Shown here: piece by piece, positions 29,405 through 42,800 of the stretch
Numbering within the stretch: position 1 is the first letter of the stretch
Layout: each line of letters begins with the position of its first letter
Source of the DNA: Polyangia bacterium
GTDB lineage: Bacteria; Myxococcota_A; Polyangia; JAAYKL01
Assembly (NCBI GenBank): GCA_050287845.1
Contig: JBNKCR010000098.1
Coordinates: 1-64,000 of the forward strand
Length of the DNA: 64,000 nt
Direction of reading: 5' to 3'
The notes under the pieces: model-generated
The model's input: the letters and a program-made list of their open reading frames with translations, nothing else
What the model was told of the DNA's origin: nothing
Databases searched by the model: none
Made by a program: the position numbers and the translations under genes

Positions 29405-30346
29405 ATGGGTAACCTGCTGGTTCATGTATCCATCACGCCAAAAATTCTGATGGGAGTGAGTGATGCCGCGAGACTGCTTGGGCAAATCGAGGGGCATCGC
29501 TGTACGTTGAAATCTCAGATGAAGAACGAGCACCGGGTATCGAATATCCACGCCAGTCTGGCACTGGCCGGAAATACGATGAGCCGCGATGAGGTGGGGG
29601 CGCTGCTCAAAGGAGAGATGTGTGGCGCCGATGCGGGTGATCAGGCTCAGGCCGGAGCATACATTCAGGCCTATCAGCGGTCGATTCATTTTTCGGTAAC
29701 CAGCAAAAAGGATTTGTTCACTGCGTATCTGCTGATGAACGAAGGGCATCCCCTCACTTCTCCGGGCGATGATGCATCCGCCGCTTCCTGGAACGCGCGG
29801 ATGAAGGAATCGCTGGAGTTGATGGGGGTATTGTTGCGGTATATTCAGCACAGCAACCTGGAGCATCCCATCGTGAATGCGGCAGTGTTCCACTATCAGA
29901 TGTATCAGGTCCGCCCTTTCGGCGAGAGTACCGATGCGGTCGCCAGACTCTGGCACCGGTTGCTGCTTGGCCGATTTCATCGGGTATTGCGGCATGCCCC
30001 CCTGGAGCTGTTGTTCAAGCGAAATGCACAGGCGTACCGAAATGCGCTGTGCGGTGAAAATACCCACGAGGGGCAGCAGAAATTCATCGAATTTTCCCTC
30101 GATCAGGTATCGGAATGCCTGAAAATTTTACTGGATGGCCTCGATGTTCGCTCCCAGGGGGCGGACGAAAGACTACTGGTTGCCAAACTGCATTTCGGTG
30201 ATCGCAAGCTCACCCGCAAAGAGTACATGACGCTGTTTCGAACGATAGGACCTGCAACAGCCAGTCGGGATCTGAGGACGGGACTGGATGCGGGACTGCT
30301 TCACAAAAAAGGGGAGAAGGCCAGAACAGAATATTATTTTGTCTGA
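29405..30346 (+). CDS. Fic-family protein with degenerate catalytic motif and C-terminal HTH
   Basis: NIHASLALAGNT; HP...AAVFHYQ...RPFGESTDAVAR where HPFxxGNGRxxR is expected; TRKEY...ATASRDL HTH. Confidence 0.75.
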   Translation: MGNLLVHVSITPKILMGVSDAARLLGQIEGHRCTLKSQMKNEHRVSNIHASLALAGNTMSRDEVGALLKGEMCGADAGDQAQAGAYIQAYQRSIHFSVTSKKDLFTAYLLMNEGHPLTSPGDDASAASWNARMKESLELMGVLLRYIQHSNLEHPIVNAAVFHYQMYQVRPFGESTDAVARLWHRLLLGRFHRVLRHAPLELLFKRNAQAYRNALCGENTHEGQQKFIEFSLDQVSECLKILLDGLDVRSQGADERLLVAKLHFGDRKLTRKEYMTLFRTIGPATASRDLRTGLDAGLLHKKGEKARTEYYFV

Positions 30347-30485
30347 CTCTTCCATTGCGAAGCACATGGCGCCGGCGGATTCTTGACGGCATGCAGCCCG
30401 GATGGTACTTGAAATATATGAGACGGGTTGGACGTGTCGGCTTTCCAATTTACTGACCTTTCACATTGCCGGTGAGGAGAATGAA

Positions 30486-31706
30486 ATGAAGATAAAAATT
30501 ATCATTCCAAACCTTGTGCTTGTCTGCGTCCTGGGTGCCGGTATGTATATATATCTGGCACTTTCCGCACAGCGTGAATCGGTACTGGCCCTGGAGGAGA
30601 GGTTGAAATCAGAAGCCGCACTGTTTGTGCGATCAGAGGCATTATCCGGGTATGAACAGCTGGGGGAGCTGACACGACTGTCCATGAGTCGCGAAGTGAC
30701 ATCCCTGTTCCGGGAGCTGACACTGGCGCAGGAGCCGGATGAAAATTCCGCCGCGTATGACGCCCGTCTTCGGGAAGTCTGGTTCAAAAAGGCGCTCAAG
30801 TCAGTGGAAACCGTGACAGCACGGCTGGAGTCCTCCGGACGCGCGCCATCATTGGTATTTATTACCGACAGAAATGGCGTGGTTCTGGCGCGAAACACCA
30901 CTCCCAATGCGTGTCCTGCCGGTAAAAACGTGGCTCACGCCATGACAGTGGTGGAACGCGCTCTCGACGGGGAGTCGGGGTATACCGTATGGGCGGTGAA
31001 TGATTCGCCTTTCAATAATGACGATAGCAGAAGCGACCATGTGTGCGCGCTGATGAATGCCGGCCTGATGGAAACGGCGGCAGTGCCAATCTGGGGCCCG
31101 GGCGATCATGTGGCCGGGGCGCTTGTGGTTGGATATGAAGTTTCCAATGGAGTGACGGCAGAAAAGGCGTTGGCCCTTGGGGTTGATCTGGCCATTGTTC
31201 AGGGGGGCACGGTATATACATCGTCATTTTCTGAAGACCGTGATCGGGAGCAGTTGACAGATGTCCTTGATGACGCCGGGACTTCCGGAAAAATTGAACT
31301 CGTACAGGACGGCAATGGGAAGGCTGACGCATTCAATCTGTCGATTAACGGTGTCCGCTACCTCGCATTTCCCGCCAGAGTGATGCACGCCGCCCGGGGT
31401 CAGGAGCTGGCTTTTGTATTCCTGGCGTCGCTCAAAGAGCATTCGCTCTGGCATGTGGTTCGAACCCCCGTACTGCTTTTTCTGTTATTGGCAGCACTTG
31501 GGGTATTTGTTGTCGGTATCATTCTGTCCAACCATTTCATGAAACCGGTCATCGAGATTGAGGAAGGCGTACTCCGGATTATCAACGGCGATACCGATTA
31601 TCGTTTTGATGTGGTTTCAGATGAAGTTGGCGGATTGAGCTACAGAATCAATCAACTCGTCAATGTGCTCACCGACCGCGATGAAAACGGCGGAGATGAT
31701 TCCTGA
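30486..31706 (+). CDS. Membrane sensor-like protein (Cache-like periplasmic domain + HAMP, no output domain)
   Basis: Two TM segments; ITDRNGVVLAR..VERALDG; terminal HAMP P..EIEEG..RI.NGD...F..EVG.L; GAGGAG RBS. Confidence 0.75.
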   Translation: MKIKIIIPNLVLVCVLGAGMYIYLALSAQRESVLALEERLKSEAALFVRSEALSGYEQLGELTRLSMSREVTSLFRELTLAQEPDENSAAYDARLREVWFKKALKSVETVTARLESSGRAPSLVFITDRNGVVLARNTTPNACPAGKNVAHAMTVVERALDGESGYTVWAVNDSPFNNDDSRSDHVCALMNAGLMETAAVPIWGPGDHVAGALVVGYEVSNGVTAEKALALGVDLAIVQGGTVYTSSFSEDRDREQLTDVLDDAGTSGKIELVQDGNGKADAFNLSINGVRYLAFPARVMHAARGQELAFVFLASLKEHSLWHVVRTPVLLFLLLAALGVFVVGIILSNHFMKPVIEIEEGVLRIINGDTDYRFDVVSDEVGGLSYRINQLVNVLTDRDENGGDDS

Positions 31707-31813
31707 TTTTTTTATTGTGAATTTCTGATGGTCCTATAAAAGACAACCATGAAGTTGACGGCAGAGTCCATTGTCATCGCCTCCGGGCCAATGACTTGTT
31801 TTGTGAGGCACTA

Positions 31814-32554
31814 ATGGGATTTTTTGATTTTCTTTCAAAAGAAAACAGGCTGATTTCAAAAATTGAAAAAAATGTAAAGCGCGCCAACAACAAGCATACG
31901 CCCAAAGATTACCGTCAGGCGGCTCTTTACGAAGTGATGGAACAGGCCCGGGCTGGACAGGATCTGGCCATTGCTGGCCTCCTCGCACGGTTTGGCGTTA
32001 ATGCGGAGCCTTCTATTGAAGATGAAAAAGAAAAAGAGTGGGTGTGTGACGCGTTGATTGAGATTGGTGAGAAAGCACTGCCCCGTATTCGACGTGCCCT
32101 GCGCTCCGCGGAGTCGGTGAACTGGGTACAGCGGGTTCTTCGCAATATTGTGGAGGAGGCGGAATATAAACAGGAGCTGCTGGATGTGTTGGACGAATTT
32201 GACACGGAGTACGAAAGAAATCCGGATCGGAAAATCCAGACAGTCATGGCGCTTTCCGAGTTGCAGGGCGAAGATGTGGCAGAAAAACTCGTTCGGTTTC
32301 TGGAAGATGTGAACGAAACCGTCCGATATCAGACGGTTGTTGCGCTGGCCCGGCTGGAATGTGAGTTGGCCAGAGAACCACTTTTACAGGTGATGTGTAA
32401 CGATGAAAGCATCCGGGTGCGAAACGAAGTCGTGGATGTTTTCTGCACACTTGAGTGGAGTGCATCCGGCGCCAAAAAGCAGGTGGCCGCAATTTTACCT
32501 TCCGGATACAAGCTGGACAAATCCGGCAAAATTACACAGCTTGGAAAAGCCTGA
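31814..32554 (+). CDS. HEAT-repeat protein
   Basis: FLEDVNETVRYQTVVAL and NDESIRVR HEAT-type units. Confidence 0.8.
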   Translation: MGFFDFLSKENRLISKIEKNVKRANNKHTPKDYRQAALYEVMEQARAGQDLAIAGLLARFGVNAEPSIEDEKEKEWVCDALIEIGEKALPRIRRALRSAESVNWVQRVLRNIVEEAEYKQELLDVLDEFDTEYERNPDRKIQTVMALSELQGEDVAEKLVRFLEDVNETVRYQTVVALARLECELAREPLLQVMCNDESIRVRNEVVDVFCTLEWSASGAKKQVAAILPSGYKLDKSGKITQLGKA

Positions 32555-32629
32555 AATCCTTCCTGATATAAAAATCGCATTCTGAATAAATAAAAGTGAT
32601 GTCACCGTTTTTAATGTGAATGAAAAGGG

Positions 32630-32658
32630 TTTACATCTGACGATGTATTCTCTACTAT
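32630..32658 (+). promoter_or_regulatory. Sigma-70-type promoter
   Basis: TTTACA-N17-TACTAT upstream of AGGAG and ATG 32713. Confidence 0.5.
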
Positions 32659-32712
32659 TCCTGTCTGATTAAATTTGGAAATCTATACAAATGTAGAGAT
32701 AGGAGTAAATCT

Positions 32713-33588
32713 ATGAGCAAAAAGCTGATTTTAGCAATTTGTGCGCTGGCAACTATGTTGTCCGGTTCGAAGTGCAGTAGGGAACATGTTCATTCTGTGG
32801 AAATGATGAATAGCTGCGTTGAGTTTCATAGACGCAAACTGTTTCCGCAAGCCATTCGGGATTGCAGCAAGGCAGTAAGTCTTGATCCTGAAAATGAGAA
32901 GGCATTTCACAATCTTGCAATTGTATATATTGAAACCAAAAATTATGAGCAGGCTGCAAAGAATTTGCAGCAGGCCATCAGTCTCTCCGGCAATATTCCA
33001 ATTTACCATTATCAGCTGGGCGAGGTGTATCAGTGGATGCAGCAGTGGGAACGCGCTGCGGAAGCGTTTAAAAAAGCCATTGAGCTCGATGACAATCTCT
33101 ACAAAGCGCATTATCGACTGGGCGTAGTGTACCAGGCAATGGATGATCCCCAGGACGCACTGCAGAAATACACGGATTCACTGATGAAAAACGGCAAGTT
33201 TTTCGATGCTTATCGCGAATTGGGCAGTTTATATCTGGATTATGATTTCATCCCGCAAGCGGAGCAGGTATTGCAGGAAGGCATCAAGGCATTGGTTGGC
33301 CGAGGGGATGAACTGGCAGTGCTCCATTCAAGACTCGGTGCCGTTTATTCCGAGAAAAAACAGTATGAAGAAGCCATTATTCAGTTCAGAAAAGCACTCG
33401 AGCTGAAGCCCAATATGGTGGATGCCATGTTCAGCCTGGGATGGAACTATTCTTATGTGAATAAGGAAAATGCGAAAATCTGGCTGCAGAAATTCGTGGA
33501 GTCCGCCAATAAAGACACGCCATCCGATTATATTTCCGCTGCGCAATCTCGCTTGACAGAAATCGAAGTTGGTTCACCTATTCAGTAG
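32713..33588 (+). CDS. Exported TPR protein (possible lipoprotein)
   Basis: Signal peptide; multiple TPR units (AFHNLA..Y, AHYRLG..Y, A..FRKALELKP). Confidence 0.88.
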   Translation: MSKKLILAICALATMLSGSKCSREHVHSVEMMNSCVEFHRRKLFPQAIRDCSKAVSLDPENEKAFHNLAIVYIETKNYEQAAKNLQQAISLSGNIPIYHYQLGEVYQWMQQWERAAEAFKKAIELDDNLYKAHYRLGVVYQAMDDPQDALQKYTDSLMKNGKFFDAYRELGSLYLDYDFIPQAEQVLQEGIKALVGRGDELAVLHSRLGAVYSEKKQYEEAIIQFRKALELKPNMVDAMFSLGWNYSYVNKENAKIWLQKFVESANKDTPSDYISAAQSRLTEIEVGSPIQ

Positions 33589-33843
33589 TGAAAGTATGTC
33601 TGAAAAAGCGCTGAGCGATTCGGGGAGGATTCGGAGCGGGTGCAGATGACAAATAATTGGGGCCAGAGGAAATGGCATTCCACTCCAGTGGAACAGGTCT
33701 TTTCGGGGGATACAGCATGTGTAAAACCTCAACATGACATTGCATGCGATCGTGTGCTCGAACATCTTTTACATATTTCAGCGAATTCTTTTATAAAACA
33801 GCCGCAATACGAGGTTGCTTAAAAATACTTCGAGGAGTGCAAA

Positions 33844-36800
33844 ATGACGAACAATTCCGGTACGGAAAACAATACCCAGGTAGATGTAACTGAAGAAGAG
33901 ATGGAACAGCTTGAAGACGTTTCTGAGGCCGGTCAGGTGGATTATTCGGAACTTGATAACATCGAAGCAAGCAGGGAAGTGTCATCTGAGCTGCAAGCAG
34001 CGATATCTGCAGCGTCCGCCGCAGAAGAAGAAGGTGTGGAACAGGGGATTAAAGCCTGGCAAACAGAAGCCTGGAACGCGGATCCGGGACATCCACTCGT
34101 ACTGGAAGCTCTGGAGCGTCTGTATACCGAGAATGGAAAGTGGAGCAGTCTGGCAGATTTTCTCAAACGCATGGGGCGTAAAGTGGAAAATCGTTTAAAA
34201 TTTGTCAGTACCCATATGCTGCTGGCCCGCATATATGACGAGCAGCTGAATCAGGACGCCATGGTGGTGACCACCTATCAGGGAATTCTGAAAAAGGTAC
34301 CCGGATATTTGCCGGTATTGGACGCTGCCATCGAGAAATATGAATCCATGGAGCGTTGGCCCGATCTCGTCAAACTGCTGAAGGTAAAAGGGGATTCTGT
34401 TGTTGAACGGGAGGAGCAGGTCGAGATTTGGCTTCGCGTTGCCAATCTGTTCATGAATCAGTTTTCAAATCAGGCCGAAGCAATCAAGGCATTCGAAAAA
34501 GTGCTTGAAGCGGATTCCGAACACCCGGAAGCCATCGATTTTCTCAAGGAAATGTATGAGAAGCGCCGGGACTGGAAAAAACTCATCGACATGATGGAGC
34601 TTCAGGCTGCCTCGCTGGATGATGGATCGGAGAAAGCGGATGCTCTGGTTGAAATTGCACGTCTGGCTGCGGAGCGGTTGAAAAAACCGGAAATCTGTAT
34701 TGCGCGTTGGGAAGCGGTGTTGGAGCAGGATCCGGAAAACAGCGAAGCATTGAATGATTTGGCGAATTTTTACGAGCGCGCCCGCGAATGGGAAAAGTTG
34801 GCGGATGTGCTCGAATCGAAGGTTCTTCTTACCGCTGACAGTGCGGAGCAGAAAGATATTTATCAGAAACTGAGCGTTGTTTATGGCGACAAAGTCAACG
34901 ATGACGCCAAGGCGATTGATGTGCTCAAATCGTTGCTGGAAATCGATCCGGAAGATAGACGGGCACAGGAACAGTTGAAAAAAAGATATCTCGCACTTCA
35001 GGCGTGGGAAGATTTGGAGATGTTCTATGCGGAGACAGACAAATGGGATGAGTTTATCCGCGTACTGGAACGGGAAGCGGGGCGCGAAGAACTCGAGGTG
35101 GAAGCCAAGGTTGGGCTGTATTTTAAAATTGCAGAGTTGCAGCGTAAAAAGAAAGAGCGGGTAGACAAGGCAGCTGCCGCTTACGAAGAAATTTTAAAAC
35201 TGGATTCGTCGAATCTGACGGCGGCTGAGGCATTGATTCCAATTTATGAAGAGGCGGGGAATCAGCCGGATCGATTGGCAGCGGTTCTCGAGGTTGAACT
35301 GTCTCATCTCGCGGATCCGGAGGATGCACAGGCGTTGCTTCAAAGAATTTCTCACCTGTATGAAGATGAAGTTGGCGACGCCGACAAGGCCTTTGCAGGG
35401 TTCTTACAGGCATTCAAAGATCAGCCCACGGACGAAACCTGTCAGGAAGATTTGGAAAGGACCGCCGGGAAGGCCGGACGTTGGGAAGATGTGCTGGCGG
35501 TATATGAAAAGGCGTACAAAAAAGCGACGGGCGATTCCAGGATTGACCTGCGCATTCGGATGGCTCGTGTGATGAATGAAGAGCTGGGACGATCTGAAGA
35601 AGCGTTGAAGCATTTCGATGCGATATTGGAAGAGGATCCCAAAAACGCCAAAGCGGTGTATGCGCTGGAGAGAATCTTCGCCCAGATGGGTCGCTTCGAG
35701 GAATTGCTCGAAATCTACGCCAGGCGGATCGAAATGGCGGAGGATGATGAAGAACGCAAGGAGATTTTTTACAACCAGGCGTTGCTTTGGGAGGAAGAAA
35801 TCGAGGACACGGGAAAGGCCATTGATGTTTACATTAAGATCATTGATATGGCCGGCGATGAGCTGCGTTCGCTGGCAGCGCTGGACCGCCTGTACGCGAG
35901 AGACGAAAATTGGGAAAAGGTCGCAGAGACGATAGAGCGCGAACTCGCGATAGGACTGGACCAGGTTGAAGATGAGATTGAATTGAAGTATCGGTTGGGA
36001 ATGGTCTCCTCGGGGCATCTGAACGACTCAACCAGAGCGCTGGAATGTTTCCGTGAGGTGCTTCAGGTGAATCCGGAACACGAAAACGCCATTACAGCGT
36101 TGGAAGCGATGCTGGGTGATACTGAATACCAGGGGGATGCCGCGGAGATTCTTGCACCACTGTACGAGGGAAATGCCCAATGGGAGCAGTTGGTGAAGGC
36201 AACCGAGATTCTGGTGGCTACCTCCGATGATGCCGGTGAGAAATACGATTTGCTGATGAAAATCGGTGGCATCTGCGGACAACAGCTGGAATCGTCTGAA
36301 ATGGCATTCGACGCGTATAGTCGGGCGTTTGCCGTCAATCCGGATTATCCGGATGCGTTGGAGCAGATGGAAGCCATTGCCGCGATGGTGGACAACTGGC
36401 AAGCCGTGGTGGAAATTATTGCGTCCGGTGCCAATACCACAGAGGATGCGGAGAACCGGAAGGTGCTCTGGCTGAAAGCAGCTCAAATTTATGACACGCA
36501 GCTGGATTCAAGTGAATCCGCAGTCAATGCATATCGCAATACACTGAAAGCCGAGCCCCAGTGCGGCGAGGCTATCGAAGCACTGGAAAATATATACAGC
36601 CGCGAAGAGAAGTGGAACGACCTGGTGGAAGTACTTGCCATCAAAGTGGATGCGATATCCGATGCGACAGAAAAACTGAATATTTACCGTTCAATGGCGC
36701 GGATTTATGAGGAAATGTTGGAGAATCCCGAATTCTCGGTTCGGTGCATGTTGGAAATTCTCAATATCGACAGTGCCAACATGGATGCATTGCAGACCCT

Positions 36801-39800
36801 TGATCGTCTCTTCGTCGTATTGGAAAAATGGACCGACCTTGCAGACAATCTGCAACAGCAGCTGGGCCTTGAGGCCCAGCCGGATCGCATCATTGAGCTG
36901 AAGCTGCGACTCGCGGCGCTGCGGGAGAATCAGCTGGACGAAATTTCTGCTGCCGTTGATATTTATCGGGAAGTGCTCGAGATGGATCCGCTGTGTGACG
37001 CAGCGATTGAAGCCCTTGAGCGCATTCTGGACAATCCTGAATTCAAGTCGGATGTTGCCGAAATTCTCGAACCCCTTTATCGCGATAGAGGCGATTGGCA
37101 GAAACTCGTAGCTGCGATTGAAATTATGATTGAAGCGGAGGAGACTGTTGGTAGACGGGTGGAATTGCTTCACGAGATTTCAAATTTATATGAGAATGTC
37201 GGCGATGATCCGGATAAGGCTTTCGAGACATTGGGACGTGCTTTGCAGGAAGATCCGGAGCTCACTCAAACCCAGGATGAGTTGGAGCGGATGGCGCGCT
37301 TCCTGGATGCCTATGACAAACTCGCCGAGATGTACGCTGCTCAGGTTGATGTTCTGGAAGATCCGGACGTGAAAGCCGCATATCATCTGAAAATTGCGGG
37401 CATATTTGAAGACCAGTTGCAGGATGTGGAGCGCGCGGTTTCCCATTACAGAGAAGTGCTGGCGCTTGATCCCATGTATATCGAAGCGGCAACTGCCCTT
37501 GAGCGTGCGTATCAGTTGAACGAAGACTATGAATCTCTGGCCAACGTGTATCTGAAGAAAGCGGAAATGGTTGACGATGTCTTTGAACAGAAGGAGCTTC
37601 TGTTTAAAGCGTCTCAGATTTATGAGGAAGTGCTGGACAACGTTGACCTGGCGATTGATGTCTACCAGAGAATTCTCGAAATTGATTCTGATGAGTTACG
37701 TGCCATCAATCAGTTGGAGGGGTTGTTCCTGAGGTTGGAACGCTGGGACGATTTGCAGAGCATCTACAATCAGAAGGTAGATCTCGTTTCCATGCCTGAA
37801 GAGAAAAAGGAAGTGCTCTATGTTCTGGGCGCTGTATACGAGAATGAACTGAAGGATGCGGCTCGCGCAATCACAACCTATCAGCGGATTCTGGAGTTTG
37901 ATCCCGATGATTTCCAGTCCATATCGCGATTGGATATGCTGTACTCGAACGCCGAAGAGTGGGAAGAGTTGCTTTCCATTCTGGAGCGTGAGGTTGAACT
38001 GGTCGACGACCCCGATGAAGCGGTATCTTTCAAGTACCGCATTGCTGAGTTATATGTTCGACAGTTGGACGATGTGTCCCGCGCGATTGACTACCTCAAG
38101 GATATTCTGACAATTTCTCCGGATCACGATCCAGCGACTGCATTGCTTGAAGAGCTTGTCCAGGGCGATGTCGAACCCATGTTGGCCGCAGATGTTCTGG
38201 AACCGCTGTATCAGGACCTGTCGGAATGGTGGAAGCTGATTGGGCTCATCGAAGTGCGTCTCAAACATACCGAAGATGAATGGCAACAGGTAGAGTTGCT
38301 GCACCGCGCGGCGGAGTTGCTTGAGAGTGACCTGCATCTGGATTCTCCTGCTGAAGCGTTCGAAATGTACGCCCGCGCACTCAGGGTGGAGCCGGCAAAC
38401 GAAACCACTCTGACCCAATTGGATTCACTTGCGCATACCACCGGAAAGTGGATGGACTTTGCAAAGATTCTGGACGAGCAGATAGCACATCTGGAAGAGG
38501 ACGATTCGAAGGTCCTGCTGGGGCTGAAGGTCGCGGCGATTTACGAACTGAAACTCGACAATGGCAAAGAGGCGATATCCCGGTATCAGCAGGTATTGTC
38601 CGTGGATGGGGAGAACCGCGAAGCGGTGATGAGCCTCGATAAATTGTATCAGATCGGGGAAAACTGGTCTGAGTTGGCTGCGATACTTCAAAAGGAAACC
38701 TTGTTGATGGATGACCCGCTGGACGGTCTTGATGTTCAGTTCCGATTGGGCCAGATCTATCAGCAGGAGCTGGAAGAGGTTGAAAAGGCAGTTGGGGTAT
38801 ACCGGGAAATCCTCTCTGCGGAGCCGGGATATGATGCTGCGATTTCTGCACTGGAGTTTCTTTTCACCGAAGGACATATGCGTGGGGAAATCGTTGATAT
38901 TCTGGAGCCATTGCTGCAGATGCAGGGGGAGTGGTCAAAACTTGTTTCCCTGTATGAACGGCAACTGGATGTGATTGAAGAGCTGGAAGACCGCGTTTCC
39001 ATGTACCACCGCATCGCTGAAACGGTCGAAGAGAAATTGCTGGACACCGTGGAAGCATTCAACTGGTATTGTCGCGCATTTGCCGAAGATCCGTTTGATG
39101 AGAGATCGGCGATTGATGTGGAACGACTTGCTGCGGCAACGGAGTCATGGAGCGAGCTCGCTGACGTGTACGAAGAACTGTTCGGCAGATACGACGATGA
39201 ACAGGCAAAAAAACTGGTGGCGAAAAAGGCAGCCAGAGTCAGCGAAGAGGAATTACAGGATTCCGGAAGAGCAGAGCGGGCTTATCGGGCATGCCTTGAG
39301 CTTGGAGATGAAGACATCGACGTTCTCAGAGCGCTTGATCGGATATATTCCCAGAATATGGAATGGGAGAATCTGGTCTCCATTCTCGATAAGATTTCCA
39401 GGGTGGAGGATTCGATTGATGAGCAGGTTGCCTATATCTTCCGGCGGGCGGATGTGCTTGAAACGCAATTGGATGAAATTGAGAAAGCGCGTACCGCATT
39501 CCATCTCATCATTGACGACCTTGATGCGGGACATTCCGATTCGCTGGCCCGCCTGGAAACCATTTATGCCAATCTCGAAGATTGGGATTCTCTGTACAAA
39601 ATTTATGAGAAAATGAAGGATTGCGCCACCAACGAAGCCGATCAGGCGGATTTGTATGCAAAAATGGCAACTCTGGCCGCTGAGTGCCTCGATAATATCC
39701 CGCGCGCCATTGAGTTGTGGGAAGCTGTCCTTGATACTTTGGGTGAAGATACAAACGCCCTGGAATCCCTTGGTGATTTGTATGCCAGGCAGGAAAACTG

Positions 39801-42800
39801 GGACGAACTGGTTGAAGTGCTGGAGCGGGCGGTATCCATAGCAGATGACGATGACGCACGGGTTCGAATTTACAGTCAGCTGGGGATGGTGTGGGGCGAG
39901 TGTCTCGACAGAGACCGGACAGCACTGGAAAACTGGCAGAACGTTCTGTCCATTGAGCCTGACAACATCCGGGCGCTGCAGGCGATTGCCGGGATTTACG
40001 AGTCCAACAAGGAATGGGAAGATTTGATTGAATCCCTCGAGCGGGTCATTGAAATAGGGGTTACCGTTTTTGAAGCTGAAGAAATTAAAAGCTATTACGC
40101 GAAACTCGGAAAAATTCTTGCTGAAATTGTGGAACGCCCCTTCGATGCCATTGATGCATGGCGACGTTCCATGGATATTGATCCCTCTGATTTGAATACA
40201 CTGGAATCATTGGAAGCCCTGTACAAGCAGGAAGAGCAGTGGAGTGAGCTGGTAGATATTCTTGGCAGGAAAGCCGAACTGCTTGAAGGTGACGTACAGG
40301 TTGAAACACTGCTCGAGCAAGCTTCAATTATGGAAGATTCGCTGATGCAACCGCTCGCTGCCAAAGAACCCTATATGCGAATTCTCAGCGTAACGCCAAT
40401 GCATGATCGCGCATTTGAGCGAACCGCTGAAATTCTGACCGAAGAAGAAGCCTACGATGATTTGATTCAGTTGTATTCGGCGCGGCTTGAACAGACGGTT
40501 GATGCGGATGAACAGATTGTTCTGTTGCATAAAGCGGCGGTGATTTACGAAGAGAATCTGGATCAGGCGGAAAATGCATTCCTGGTGATGCAACGCGCCT
40601 TTGAAATCGATTACTCCAATGATGCCACAGGGGACCATCTCGAACGACTGGCTTCTGAAACCGGTAAATGGCAGGAGCTGCTGGGAGGGTGTAACCAGAT
40701 CCTTGCCGCGACCGGGGATACAAAGATCCAGATTGATTTGTGTTTGAAAATTGGCAAATGGTACTCCGCCATTGGAAATCCGGAGTATGCAATTCAGTAT
40801 TATCAACAGGTGCTGACGCTCGATGCGAACAACGTGCCGGCGTTGCGATTGATGGGCGAATTGTATCGCGGTGCCAAACAGTGGAATGAGCTGGTCGAGG
40901 TATTGAGGAAGGCGGTCAGCTGTGAGGATAATCCGGATAAGAAGAAGATTATTCTTGTTGATCTGGGCGAAATCTATCTCGAGTACATGAAAGATATGCC
41001 TGATGCCCGACGCGTCTACAAGGAGGCTCTGGAAATAGATCCGGCACTTGAACCAGCGTTGCTGGCTCTGGAGCGTCTCTTCAAATCAACGGAAAACTGG
41101 GAAGAGCTGATTCCGATTCTACGCCGGAAAATTAGTGTTCTTGATGAAACCGAAACCGAATCCATTATCAGAACCCGTCAGCGTATCGCCGAGATTTACG
41201 AGGAGAATCTGAACGAGTTGACCAGAGCGACAGAGGAGTATCGTGCCAACCTCGACATTGATTCCGGGCATATTCCATCGTTGAAGGGGCTGGAAAGACT
41301 CTACGAAAAACGTGAACTCTGGCAGGACCTGGTAGATGTTCTCGAAATTCAGTTGGATTACGCAGTTACTGAAGGCGAGCGAATTGAGCTGCTTCTGCGC
41401 CTTGCTGAAATGCTCGAAAAGGAGTTCAGAAAGCCGGAAAAAGCCATCGAACGCCTGGAAGAAGTGGTCAATATCGACCCGACCGAGATTCGAGCACTCA
41501 AAGCGTTGGAACGATTGTATCGAATCGTTCAGAAATGGGATGAGTTGGTTGATATTCTCGAAAAACAGGTTGATGTGACGCATGAGCGGGTCGACCGGGT
41601 TCCAATCTTTGAGAGCATGGGGAAGGTGTTTTCGCACGAGTTGAAGGATATCGACCGCGCCATGGACGCGTACACTCAAATCCTCGACATCGATCCCGAA
41701 AACATCGATGCGTTGGATAATCTGGCAAAGATACAGGTGAAGGCGGAGGATTGGGTTTCTGCCCATGATACTTTAAATCGCCTGGCCAATACGGTTGAGG
41801 ATGAAGCACGTCAGGTGGATCTGTATTTCCGATTGGGAGAACTCAATGAGGCCCAGTTGATGGACAGAGGGGCCGCAGTGGAGCATTTCCACTCCGCTCT
41901 CGATATTGATCCCGGTCACCTGGAAACCCTTGCCGCACTGTGCGCCATTCATATCGACGAAGGCGAATGGCTGGCGGCCTGTGAAACGCTGGAAGCGCAG
42001 CAGGAGCATACAGAGAACCGACGACAGAAATCACGGTTGCAATATCAGTTGGGTGAATTGTATCGCGACAAGCTCAACGATGATGAATCCGGTATCGCCT
42101 GGTTCGAAAAGGCGTTGGAGTCAAACGCTGACAATCAGGATGCCGCAGAACCCCTTGTCGATGTCTATATTGAAGCGGGACGATACGATGACGCAGAGCG
42201 ACTCCTTGATATGCTGGTACGGCTTGGGAGTAAACGTCCCGCCGAAGAAATGCAACCACTGCAAACCAAACTGGGACGCGTTGCGGATAAACTGGGGAAT
42301 CTGGACAAGGCTCTGAAAGCGTATCAGGTCGCATACGATTTTGATACTCAGAACCTGTCGGCATTGCTGAATCTGGCTGATTGCCTCTACCGCAGTGAGC
42401 AGTGGGACAAAGCGTTCAAGCTGTATCAGATGGTCCTGGTGCATCATCGGGATGATCGGAGCAAAGACGAGATCGTCGATATTTTCTATCGTCTCGGAAA
42501 CATCAAGGCGCAGGTGAAAGAAAGACGCAAGGCGTTGAATATGTTTGACAAAGCGCTTGAAATCGACAGCGGCCACGTTCCCACGCTTGAAGCTGTAATC
42601 CAACTTCAGGAGGAGCAGAAGAACTTCGAGCAGGTTATCCATTTCAAAAAAATTCTGATTGATTCGGTGGATAGTCCCGAAAAACAGTTCAGTCTTTATG
42701 AAGAAGTGGGGGATATATGGCAAAGCAAATTGAAAAATCCTCAGAAGGCAATTTCCGCCTATGAGGAGGCCTGCCACATTGATCCCGACAATCGGCCCAT

